From an uncultured Nitrososphaeraceae archaeon (lineage in GTDB: Archaea > Thermoproteota > Nitrososphaeria > Nitrososphaerales > Nitrososphaeraceae): 64,000 nt of DNA. The position numbers and the translations under genes are program-made. The DNA lies in NCBI GenBank assembly GCA_963765895.1, contig CAVXZB010000019.1, forward strand, positions 96,001 to 160,000. Reading direction: 5' to 3'. Numbering within the stretch: position 1 is the stretch's first letter; each line of letters starts with the position of its first letter. This document shows, in pieces, positions 54,187 to 64,000 of this stretch. Below the pieces are notes generated by a model. That model was not told where the DNA came from, made no database searches, and worked only from the letters and a program-made list of their open reading frames with translations.

Positions 54187-55886
54187 CGCGTTAAGTTATG
54201 CCTGTCAGTGAGATATATAATGTTTGTTAATGCCACAAATCTATAATCCTTCGAATTGCAATCCAGGTGAGGACCGTTAAGTGATAGGGGACTTAAATGG
54301 ATCTATCGTATTTAATTAACTAATTTTGTTTACCTAGTGTCATACTAGGACATAGCGATCGTCGGGTTCTTTATTGCTATTAGTTAGTAATCCTAGGATT
54401 TTTCAATTTAGGTAATTTTCAGAAGCTGATTTTGAAAACGCAAATTTTTCATTGGATCCTGTTCATTATCTAACCTAAGTCATATTTCAAACGCATAACT
54501 GTCAAATTCATGCATGCGGGCGTGTTGCCTATCAGTTTATATATAAATTTATGGAGGGCTGCGTTTTAAACTCATCATTTGATGTAAATTCGATAAAAGC
54601 TAAATAACATTCAATTATACCTGGATGTTAGTTCTTCAGATGACCCCCCTATGCATTTCGTCAAAAAATTGGAGTTGTACGACGATACTTCAACATCTCT
54701 TTTAATTTCATTTATAAAACAACTCAAAAATTATATTTGTCCAGTTATCGCACCATATTCCGTAATCGTTATTCTATTTTATTGACGTTTCTCTAACAGA
54801 TATCTCTACTTATCGAACGCTGGCCTGAATATATTGCATACAAATGCAGTAGATGTAATCAAGGTTAGTCATGTAATAAAGTTGAAATTGAAATGACATC
54901 ACCTTAACCAAAGTAGAGCTTCACAATTTGGAACACTTGGTATCGAATGGAAGCAGGAGATGGCGATCTAGTGTTTGCTGCGATCTCAAACCCTCCTGCC
55001 TACGGTGATCTTCTCCAAGTTAGGTCTGTTCGGTAGGTACCGACTCTATGATAGTGGTGATCTAGTAGTCAGTATCGTTATTACAAATCAATAGCTATTT
55101 TTCATTCTGTTTGAATCATAACTTTTGCGGCTAAATCAACCTGACGTGAACTAGCGAGTGAAATAAACTTCCTTTGGCTGGTTTGTGTGGTGACATAATA
55201 ATAGTGACTTATTCGAGATTATGGCATACCTTCTTATGATTTGATTGATTCCTAAAGTTAAGTTTTTTAGTTTGTTGGATAACTGCCATCTCATTTCGAA
55301 TTTGCTAGAATAAGACTGTACGCATCTTAGGCTAGACAGATTCAGTCAGACTTGATCATCTATGCCGGATAGCGCTAATTCAACATAGTAATAAATAGTC
55401 CAGCAGTTTTACAGTCATCACGATGGAAGGCTTGTCATTCTGCATTTGATGTTTTCGAGTATCTAGTAAAAAATACCCTGCATATCCTTCATCGCTCTAT
55501 TGCTTCTGTTTATACAATCGACAGAGCAGTCGATAAATACATTCCGATCCAGAACTCCATTTCCTTAAATTTGGACTGTTCATTAACCGATCCATATTAT
55601 AAATTGCTTAACTAATCACTGTTCCCCAATCCGAGGAGTGTTCGACATACAGGGTAGTGCTAGTAAGGTATGCACATCAAGTTAATTGGTTAAGACACCC
55701 TGGTTAGCCATTCCTCTAAATGTGATTAATTCATATGAAAGCTTTATAACAGACGGTCACCGCTTCCCAAAATATAATAAATACCTCTGAAAATTAAACG
55801 CCAGTAAGCTCGATAGACCACTCATCGGTAAAGGTTTATACGATATGGCTGTTCCGATCGACGGATCAGTAATGATAGCATAACCA

Positions 55887-56126
55887 TTAACGTCCTATAT
55901 CAATTTCTGAATGCTTCTTTAATATGTCTTCGATCTCTAATGGATTTTTATAGATTTCTTCTATTACCACAGGATCCTGAACCTCGTAGCAGTGAAGCAG
56001 CTCCTCATGATCTTTAAAAAAGAGGAATACTCTTCCTTCGAATAGACAATGATATAACTCGTCAGGCTTCATTTTTTCGGTTTGTAATTTTATGCCATCT
56101 GGTTGTATTGTAACTGGAGAATCCAA
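55887..56126 (-). CDS. small acidic conserved hypothetical protein
   Basis: 79 aa; YHC.F...VFLFFKD..ELL.CYEV; divergent from the UbiA operon. Confidence 0.65.
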   Translation of the reverse strand: MDSPVTIQPDGIKLQTEKMKPDELYHCLFEGRVFLFFKDHEELLHCYEVQDPVVIEEIYKNPLEIEDILKKHSEIDIGR

Positions 56127-56244
56127 AGTGTTTACTTTTCGTGGTATTGATAAAAAAATCTAACTATGGTCTACACAACGCGGTCTGTCTAAAAAAGACA
56201 AAAAAAATGCAAGATAAATGTCGGAAGAATTATAATCGTTTTTA

Positions 56245-57177
56245 GTGACATGGCGTGCTAATCCTGTGGCCCTAAAAGACTATCTGCTTATGGTTAGGTT
56301 GCCGAATTTGTTTACGATCCCGTCTAATATTATTGTTGGGTACATCACACTTCTCAGCCCGCCTAATGTTGGACTCTCCTCGTCATTGCCTTTAATTATT
56401 ATTTCTTCTTGTTTGATTTATGCTGCGGGAATCATCTTCAATGATTATTTTGATATAGAAACTGATATGCGTGAAGGTCGTTTAAGACCGTTATCATCAG
56501 GATCAGTTAGGAAGAGGGCTGCGGTTTTGTTGGCTTTTATTTTCCTAGCCTTAGCACTGGTTATTTCTGCATTTGTAGGTGTTTTGAGCTTTGTGGTTTC
56601 GTCCACAATCATAATCATCGCATTGCTTTACGACTACAAGTTAAAGCGAACTAAGATTGCAGCCGTTGCCATGGGCTCGGCTCGCGCTGCCAATATAATT
56701 TATGGGGCATCTCCAATCCTACTGAGCGGTCTATTTGAATCTGAGAATATACAGAAGCTTATGCTAGAAAGCGCCTGTGTGTTCATGTACGTAGCAGCCA
56801 TAATAATGGTAAGCGAGAGAGAAGCCAGTACAATAAAAATAAATCGAAAATGGCTCCTTCGACCTTTCCTGCTAATATCCCTTGTCGTGCTTGTTATGTT
56901 CGTATCGGCAGTTTTAGGTGTGTTTAGAACGGACTTGTTAGTCAATTTGGCATTTTTAATTTCTATCGTCTGTTTTTTTACTTACAGATGGATATTCAGG
57001 TTCAAGTCCGAAATCGGAAGTGAAGAAATTCAGAATTTAGTCAAGATTCTCGTTCTATGCATGGTGATACTTGATTCAGCCTTTGCTAGCGGAATATTTG
57101 GAATATTGTTAGGAGTCGCAGTTGCATCCTTCATAATACCGGGACTCGTTCTGTCAAGATTGCTCTATGTTACCTAA
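56245..57177 (+). CDS. UbiA-family prenyltransferase, EboC-like
   Basis: VRLPNLFT, LIY.AG..FND.FD...D..E...RPL.SG, LYD..LK, MG..R..N, ILD..FA, C-terminal L.VT as in EboC. Confidence 0.85.
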   Translation: MTWRANPVALKDYLLMVRLPNLFTIPSNIIVGYITLLSPPNVGLSSSLPLIIISSCLIYAAGIIFNDYFDIETDMREGRLRPLSSGSVRKRAAVLLAFIFLALALVISAFVGVLSFVVSSTIIIIALLYDYKLKRTKIAAVAMGSARAANIIYGASPILLSGLFESENIQKLMLESACVFMYVAAIIMVSEREASTIKINRKWLLRPFLLISLVVLVMFVSAVLGVFRTDLLVNLAFLISIVCFFTYRWIFRFKSEIGSEEIQNLVKILVLCMVILDSAFASGIFGILLGVAVASFIIPGLVLSRLLYVT

Positions 57178-58584
57178 TGGGAATCATTTTTAAGGCATTT
57201 GTTCTGCTCATTAGGATAATAGCGGGTACCAGTTTGAAACACACAATTGTTATTAACATGGTCGGACTCGAGCACGGACGCATAGAGGCCGGGCTTCCTA
57301 ATCTTTCGAGGATTGCTGGCGCAGGAGAATCCACACAAATCGAGCCTGTTTTTCCTGCTGTAACCTGTACCGTCCAAGCCTCACTTCTGTCAGGTAGACT
57401 ACCCAATGAACACGGAATAGTTGCCAACGGTTTCTATGACAGAGTTAATCATAACGTATGTTTTTGGGAGCAAGCTAGTGGCCTGGTAATGACCGATAGG
57501 GTTTGGGACGTAGTTTCAAAGCAACAAAGGAAAGAGGAGTTGACCTTTAAGAGTGCCTTACTTTTCTGGCAGAACACAATGTATTCCTCAGCAGATATCG
57601 TTGTCACTCCCAGACCGCTTCATATGGCCCAGTCGACGATACCTTGGTGCTATTCCAAACCTGCCGGCTTCTACGATGAGAAGCTAGCACCAGAATTGGG
57701 TGAGTTTAACCTAGCTAATTATTGGGGCCCGTTCGCATCTAGAAAATCGAGTGAGTGGATTGCCAATGCTGCGAAATATATTTTGGAATTCGCAAGACCA
57801 AATCTGATGTTGCTTTATTTGCCCCATCTTGACTATTCTGCACAAAGATTCGGAAAAAGCAGTCCACAAGTACAGGATGATTTGAAATATGCAGACGAAT
57901 TGATAGGTGAAGTAGTTGAGAAAACAATGAAATTAGGCCTTTTAGATCAGACTCAATTTATTATCATTTCGGAATACGGCTTCAGTGACGTGAGTCTCTT
58001 CTGTAAGTATCAATCTAAAGCTTCGAGACGCTGGGCTCTTAGTAACTAGAACAATAAAGGGAAAGGAATACTTGGACTACGAATATAGCCAAGCTTTTGC
58101 AATGGTTGACCATCAAATAGCCCATATATATGCCAAAAATGATGCCATTGAAGCAACCAAAAAAGTTCTTGAGAATGTGGCTGGTATTTCAGATGTTTTA
58201 TCTTCAAATCAGGAGAAGAAAAAATTGAAAATAGATCACGAAAGATCCGGCGAGCTGATTGCCATTTCTAACAAGGATAGCTGGTTTAACTATTACTGGT
58301 GGTATGACGATACTGCAGCCCCAAGTTTTGCAAGCACTGTAGACATTCATAGAAAACCTGGTTATGACCCAGTTGAACTTTTTTTGGACCCTACAACGAA
58401 ATCTGTGCCACTGGATACTTCTCTAGTGAAGTCATCGCATGGTAGGCCACCAAATGTTAACTCTTATGAAGGACTTGCTGCATATGTATCGAATCGCAAA
58501 GGGTTTGTGAGCCAGCACATTAAGAATAATTTTATGCCAAATTCAAGCGACATAGGAAAATATCTCATAAGCTTGGTAACTTGA
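57177..58584 (+). CDS. alkaline phosphatase/NPP-superfamily protein, EboF-like (+1 frameshift at ~57997; start may be TTG 57234)
   Basis: VIN.VGL, PAVTCTVQ, EHGIV.NG, YWGP, YLPHLDY..QRFG, SEYG, AFA.VDHQIAH.Y, VDIHRKPGYDPVELF.DP, SHG. Confidence 0.88.
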
Positions 58585-58618
58585 GTCATAAAATTATCTT
58601 TTAGTCGATTGATTAGCG

Positions 58619-59477
58619 TTGAAATACTCAATCACGTTATCGTCATTTAGCCAATTAGACGAAGTGTTAGAAGAATCCCTTCGCAGGCTGGTAGCGCAGG
58701 GGTACGATGCCATCGAGGTGTTGGGCGTTCCGCGAAAATCCTATATAGAAAAAGTCAAGGCTACTTTGGATACCTTTGACCTAGCAGTCTCGGGGATTTC
58801 TGGAATGTGGGGAACTATGGGAGAGATAGAAGGATCTCGTCTACGAACTAATCTTATCAGGTACTAATCCTTCTTTCGCAAAGAGTAGTTTAGAATATGC
58901 CAAACATTGCCTGGAAATGTGTCGCTTGGTAGATGGTAAACAAGTAAATGTTTGCCTGACCTCCGACTATCAAAGTATATCAACATATCAATTGACACAT
59001 GGATTTAAACTTGATTCGGAAAAACGACATATCGTAGAAAGCAGGGTTATACCGATGCTAACTGAGCTGACTAGAATAGCCAAAGATAATGACGTGAAAC
59101 TTTTATTGGAACCACTCAACAGGTACTGTAGTCGATTCTGTAATACTGCTAAGGAAGCAGTAGAGATTGCCAAACGGGTAAACGACGATAGCTTTGGGGT
59201 CTTGTTGGACACATATCACATGAATATTGAGGAGAGTTCAATCGAGGCTGCGATACAAAATTCAGGTGAATGGTTGCGACATACTCATTTTGCAGATAAC
59301 AATAGAAAAATGCCAGGGTATGGGCATATTGAATTCGATTCGATCATCAAATCTCTCAAGAAGGTTGGACATGATGAATATATCTGCTTTGAACCAAATT
59401 TGTCATTGGCTGACTTCAAAGATGCGACAAAGCTAGGGTTAGACTTTATCAAAAGGATCGAATATACATATTCTTAA
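58619..59477 (+). CDS. sugar phosphate isomerase/epimerase TIM barrel (ketose 3-epimerase/IolO-like; +1 frameshift at ~58860)
   Basis: EPLNRY, LDTYHMNIEE, HTHFADNNR..PG.GH.EF, FE metal ligands. Confidence 0.87.
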
Positions 59478-59613
59478 TTGTGGGTGCAGAATTAATTAAA
59501 AAAATTATCATTTGGTTGCTTGTGGATTAGATTGCTTTGGTTCGATCTGACAGTCACTTCTAGTACTCTAGTACAATCCGAAATTTTTGCTATGATTTGG
59601 CTACAAATTATAA

Positions 59614-59850
59614 TCAGATAGTAGATGACCTATTGGCCCATGTCACAATTGAAAACGTACTCACTGCAGAACCAACTATTCCTGCTATCAATGCTCCGAT
59701 GATTGCCTGATTCAAAAAATTGGGAATTATGCCTGCAAACCATTCTGCTACACCTGGCAAAGATAAGTAACCAATTGACCCTACTCCAAACCCAATCACC
59801 CAAAAAATCAGAAGAGCAATTCTTCTAGACAACCAACAATCCTCCAACAA
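59614..59850 (-). CDS. small two-TM membrane protein
   Basis: 78 aa with two Gly-rich hydrophobic helices. Confidence 0.6.
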   Translation of the reverse strand: MLEDCWLSRRIALLIFWVIGFGVGSIGYLSLPGVAEWFAGIIPNFLNQAIIGALIAGIVGSAVSTFSIVTWANRSSTI

Positions 59851-60415
59851 TCAAACGAACTAGTCTAAGAGGGCTTTCTACAATTATCGGGTCACTACAG
59901 GATGAACGCACAATAAAAATATTATACACGATTTGATAAGGATGTTAGTTAATTTTTCTAAATATACTGTGCACTAAATGTGTTTTCTCTTAGAACATTC
60001 TACTATAACTCAGGTTTAAGAACTAAATTCACGCTCAGATTGGGTAACGTGTGTGCCTACCACATCAACAATATTCAGAGATTTTTTTTAAACTAAGGTA
60101 AATATCTTATGACCATTCCAGATAAATACGATGTAATCCGCATGGTTTTGAACGAAGCATGTTATTAAGAGATTTTTTACGCCTGTTAGGAATACTGTGT
60201 AGACCTCAATATGACAATTCAAAAGACCCTAATGAAAACCAAAAAAATTGCCTTTACATAGTTAATAAAAATCCAAAGACTAAAAGCACAAAAAATGAAT
60301 TAGAGGGTATCCGTCACGAAAATATCGATAAACTGAAGTATTTCGCTTATATGTTGTGCAGGTTTGAAACAGGCTCTAACTGTATGATCAACCCCTGTTT
60401 AGGCTAGGTGTTGTA

Positions 60416-61750
60416 ATGACTTCCCAAGGATATTTCACACAATGTCCAGAATGTCAATCCGGGCTCATTCATGATTGTAGCAAAGGTGAATATATTTGCC
60501 AAAGTTGTGGATGTGTGGTAATGGATCAGGTGGATGATTATGGACCAGAATCAATTTCTACAGACTTTGAAGAGAAGTCAAAAAATACTCGTGCAAGTGG
60601 CTTCACCAGTTACTCGCTTCATGATTTTGGCCTTAGAACAGAAATAGGCCTAGGTTCTAAAGATTATAGCGGCAAATCAATAGACCAGCAAATAGTAGAG
60701 CAAATGAATAGCATGAGGAAGTGGCATTCACGAATTAGGGTAGCTAGTCCAAAAGAAAGAAGATTGTCAAACGTATTGTCCAAGATTAATGAAATATGTT
60801 CCGGGATGTCTCTACCAAAGACCATTACCGAGACTGCAGCAATGATCTACAGAAATTTTGAAAATAAGAATGATGCTAAGGGCAAGTCCATTTTGTGTAT
60901 GGCCGCCGCGACAATATATATGGCATGTAAGAGATGCTCGGTGGTAAGGTCATTAGATGAAATAGTAAAGGCAGGTGGAACATCGGGGTGCGACAATCCA
61001 AGCTGCAAATTGGCGTCCAAATATTACAGAATGATTGTCATGGAGATGGGAATATTCGGTAATCAGCGTCAGGGTATGGATCAAAAGAGATACATCGGTA
61101 ATGGTAGGCCTTTGGAGAGGAGTCAAACGCATTCAGAAAGTGCAAAACTGCCACTTGCAGAACTCTCGCACATTCGGCCGTTCGAAGGATCGCGCCTATC
61201 TGGATTATATGTTAACAAACCTACTGCTAATATTATCGGGACCAGTATATTTGAGCCTCGCATGAATGTGAACGGTGGCCCTGATTCTGAATTAGGAAAC
61301 TTATCGCAAAATGGTCAAATATCTAGTCCTAACGACCTGAGATCAAGCACATCTACGGCTACGCAATCATATGCTATAACTGCACCTGGCCAACGCTACC
61401 AATCTTATACTCAGCAGGATTCTGTTCATTCTGCGGCAAGAGTGGCCATAGACCATTACATCTCCAAGCTTGCAAACAACGCAAAAATTGATACGAAGGT
61501 GGAAAGGCTAGCAATAGATATAGCACATAAAACCAGTAATCATTTTCTAGCTGATGGGAAATCCCCACATGGTCTGGCGGCCGCGTATATTTACATGGCA
61601 GCCACATTGCTAGGCTCTAATCTCTCGCAGGTAGAAATTTCAGAAATAGCGGGCATTACAGAGGTAACAATACGAAATAGATGCAAAGATATCTTATGTA
61701 ACTTCAAAATTGCTATAAAGCTAAAGCCTCAGCAGAAGGAACGTGGCTGA
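60416..61750 (+). CDS. tfb: transcription initiation factor IIB (TFB) with long internal insertion
   Basis: CPEC...C..CG Zn ribbon, D.GP, HDFGL, ER.L, AA.IY.AC, GKSP.GLAAAY.Y, TEVTIRNR. Confidence 0.93.
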   Translation: MTSQGYFTQCPECQSGLIHDCSKGEYICQSCGCVVMDQVDDYGPESISTDFEEKSKNTRASGFTSYSLHDFGLRTEIGLGSKDYSGKSIDQQIVEQMNSMRKWHSRIRVASPKERRLSNVLSKINEICSGMSLPKTITETAAMIYRNFENKNDAKGKSILCMAAATIYMACKRCSVVRSLDEIVKAGGTSGCDNPSCKLASKYYRMIVMEMGIFGNQRQGMDQKRYIGNGRPLERSQTHSESAKLPLAELSHIRPFEGSRLSGLYVNKPTANIIGTSIFEPRMNVNGGPDSELGNLSQNGQISSPNDLRSSTSTATQSYAITAPGQRYQSYTQQDSVHSAARVAIDHYISKLANNAKIDTKVERLAIDIAHKTSNHFLADGKSPHGLAAAYIYMAATLLGSNLSQVEISEIAGITEVTIRNRCKDILCNFKIAIKLKPQQKERG

Positions 61751-61787
61751 TAGATTTCGACCAAGGATCGCTATATGCATGTCTATC

Positions 61788-62084
61788 TTACTGCAAATTC
61801 CCTTTTGACTGACTGGATTTGCAGGGATGAGATTTATCGCAGATCTGGATTGACATTTCATTTGGTTTGGTATAGTTATTGTTATTGTTATTGTTGCTTT
61901 TACTGTTATTGAAACCATCATGAATATTGTTCGAATTCTTATCAGAGTTCTGGCTCAATGCGTCTTGGCGAGTCGACTCGCCGGTCGCTGCCACCGCATG
62001 ACTAGTATAAAAAATGGAATTAATCATAACTGCGAGCAAAATAGAAACAACCAAGAGATTTTTCGGCTGCTTGGAGCGCTTCAT
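61788..62084 (-). CDS. small secreted Asn-rich protein with C-terminal Cys pair
   Basis: Signal-like hydrophobic stretch ending HAVA; poly-Asn tract; MSIQICDKSHPC. Confidence 0.55.
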   Translation of the reverse strand: MKRSKQPKNLLVVSILLAVMINSIFYTSHAVAATGESTRQDALSQNSDKNSNNIHDGFNNSKSNNNNNNNYTKPNEMSIQICDKSHPCKSSQSKGNLQ

Positions 62085-62205
62085 TGTCTAATATACCAAA
62101 CTTAGTCCAAAATACTTTACTCATCTTTTTTATTAGATCTTTCACTGGACCTCTATTCTATAGGATAATTTTCCTTTATGGCCACTTTTAAAGATCCTTC
62201 AGATC

Positions 62206-63963
62206 CTAACGTTGCAATGTGCGCTTCTGTTGGCTGTACATGGTAACTAATTCTTCGACTTCTGTAGCGTCTTCAGGCCTTTTGTCATCTCGAATTTTGC
62301 CTGTAAACTTCGGAAATCGTAACGCAAGCCCATACTTTTCTTTTATAGCGTTCATGCCGGCAGTATGAATCGGACTCAACGTGATTTCAGATGCTACGAT
62401 TTCGATCACTATTTTTGGTTCAAACCATACATCCATCTGTATTGCCGCGTCAACTCTTGGATGTTTGCGTTTTAACAAATGTCTACCTAAGCTATTGTAA
62501 AAATCAGTCAAGTGTTGATCTGTGAATCCGGTTCCCACTTTCGAGGCTGTCTTGAATGAGTCGGTTTTGGGATCATACGCTGCCAAAAGGAGCGCACCAT
62601 ATCTTCCTACTCTTCTCCCTCTACCGTACAATGCACCAACTATTACTAAATCCAGCGTATCATTGAGATCGCTTCCGTATTCTCTTTTCAGCTTTATCCA
62701 AGCATAACCTCTCGCTCCTGCCTTGTATATTGAATCTAATTGCTTTACCATTATCCCCTCACATCCAGCTTCTAAGGCCTTTGACATGTAATTTGATAGG
62801 CATTTTGTATCATGCACCACTGTCTGAGGGACCAAAAGGATTCTGTAATCATTTATCGTGTTAATCAGACGCTCAATAATTTTTCTTCGATCCGAATAAG
62901 GTAGGCTGGTTTTAGCCTCGCCGTCATAATACAAGACATCGAATACGTTAAGATAGACTGGATAGTTCTTCATTGCCTCGTCGATCCCATGTTTTCTTCT
63001 TCTGTGCATGAGCACCTGAAACGGTAGGAAATTCGAACCGTCTGAGTCGATGGCTACCACTTCACCCTCGAATATAGCATCACTTAATTTTGATCCTGCA
63101 ATAATAGTAGATATATCCGGAAAATGACTAGTTATTTTTTCTAACCGACGAGAGAACAGTTCAACACGTTCATTTCCCTTATGGACTTGAATTCGCTCGC
63201 CATCAAGTTTGAATTCTGCCGCAGCAGACCCATTGACTTGGTGAAAAACGTCTTCAATTGTAGGCTCTCTCTCAGCAAGCATGGGTCTGACTGGCTTGAA
63301 CAATATTATGCTAATCTTTTTTACTGCATCAAGACCTTCCATTGCCAAAATTCTAGCAACTGTTCCGAGATCACTTGAGACATTATACGCGTTTTCTAAC
63401 AGCGTCCTATTTGTTTTGGTTCCAGTGAACGCTAAGGATAGAGCATCCATAACAGTATTATCCGCTATACCGAGTCGCAGCGAGCCCATTATGAATTTTA
63501 TTATATAACGATTCTCCCTGGGTGAAGCCTCGTTGATTATACTACTAACTAAGCGGATTTTATATTCCTGAGAGCGAGGACCTGACGTTCCGGCTATCTC
63601 ATACAAGACTGAGTAGACCCTCTCAACCGTAATTCTTTGAGGCATTAAGCTTGTCTGGTCTTTATGGCGAGTGACCTCTTTTGCGAGGTTTCCCAAATCG
63701 CCAGTACTCCTATATATATCCAATAATGTACTGATTCCCAAACCAGTGGATTGCGCCAATGATCGCAAAATCATTTTTTCTGCCATGCCAATCTCAATTC
63801 CTTCAAAATCCGGCCGGAGTTTACCTTGGATAAGGTAGACTACCTTTTCTATGAGGTCTGTAGGTGTCATCTTAAGCAGGGAAACCAGGTGATCTGTGAG
63901 ACGCAACCTGCTACTAGTCGTTTCCATTTGTTCAAATGCATCTACTAGCAGAGAAAATTCCAT
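62206..63963 (-). CDS. lig: ATP-dependent DNA ligase
   Basis: PMLA, EFKLDGER motif I, EGE, FD.L, EGIM.K, W.K.K, D.V..G, GTG, LRFP. Confidence 0.97.
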   Translation of the reverse strand: MEFSLLVDAFEQMETTSSRLRLTDHLVSLLKMTPTDLIEKVVYLIQGKLRPDFEGIEIGMAEKMILRSLAQSTGLGISTLLDIYRSTGDLGNLAKEVTRHKDQTSLMPQRITVERVYSVLYEIAGTSGPRSQEYKIRLVSSIINEASPRENRYIIKFIMGSLRLGIADNTVMDALSLAFTGTKTNRTLLENAYNVSSDLGTVARILAMEGLDAVKKISIILFKPVRPMLAEREPTIEDVFHQVNGSAAAEFKLDGERIQVHKGNERVELFSRRLEKITSHFPDISTIIAGSKLSDAIFEGEVVAIDSDGSNFLPFQVLMHRRRKHGIDEAMKNYPVYLNVFDVLYYDGEAKTSLPYSDRRKIIERLINTINDYRILLVPQTVVHDTKCLSNYMSKALEAGCEGIMVKQLDSIYKAGARGYAWIKLKREYGSDLNDTLDLVIVGALYGRGRRVGRYGALLLAAYDPKTDSFKTASKVGTGFTDQHLTDFYNSLGRHLLKRKHPRVDAAIQMDVWFEPKIVIEIVASEITLSPIHTAGMNAIKEKYGLALRFPKFTGKIRDDKRPEDATEVEELVTMYSQQKRTLQR

Positions 63964-64000
63964 GTGCTTTAAGGTCAAGGATTCTGAGGCTTTAAGTTTT

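Noticed and set aside
1630-59477. Split genes as true pseudogenes or programmed frameshifts
   Set aside because: They affect essential genes (purA, coaBC, ino1), lack slippery heptamers or further decay, and share an error-like motif signature
61052-61447. TFB insertion as an intein
   Set aside because: No N-terminal Cys/Ser block, no C-terminal His-Asn, no endonuclease motifs

Overview
AT-rich chromosomal segment of an ammonia-oxidising archaeon (Nitrososphaerota, most likely Nitrososphaeraceae). The assignment rests on 4-hydroxybutyryl-CoA dehydratase (3HP/4HB cycle), archaeal EgsA, Alba, TFB, RPA, Lhr, ATP-dependent ligase, the archaeal PoK/PPS CoA route and long intergenic tracts. Most of the window is housekeeping. 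Three tRNAs were read directly from the sequence: Trp with two introns, Pro, and Arg with a D-loop intron. Thirteen genes are split by apparent 1-2 nt insertions; ten of these lie at GTAC or CTAG motifs, which looks like a systematic, possibly methylation-linked, sequencing error rather than real pseudogenes. The most interesting region is 49-59.5 kb. It holds myo-inositol-1-phosphate synthase, an anticodon-domain-less (MshC-like) CysRS paralog with an altered Zn site that overlaps a GNAT gene, and an ebo-like operon (EboC-type UbiA prenyltransferase, EboF-type phosphodiesterase, ketose-epimerase TIM barrel). No CRISPR array, rRNA or intact mobile element was seen. All family calls come from motif recognition, not database searches.
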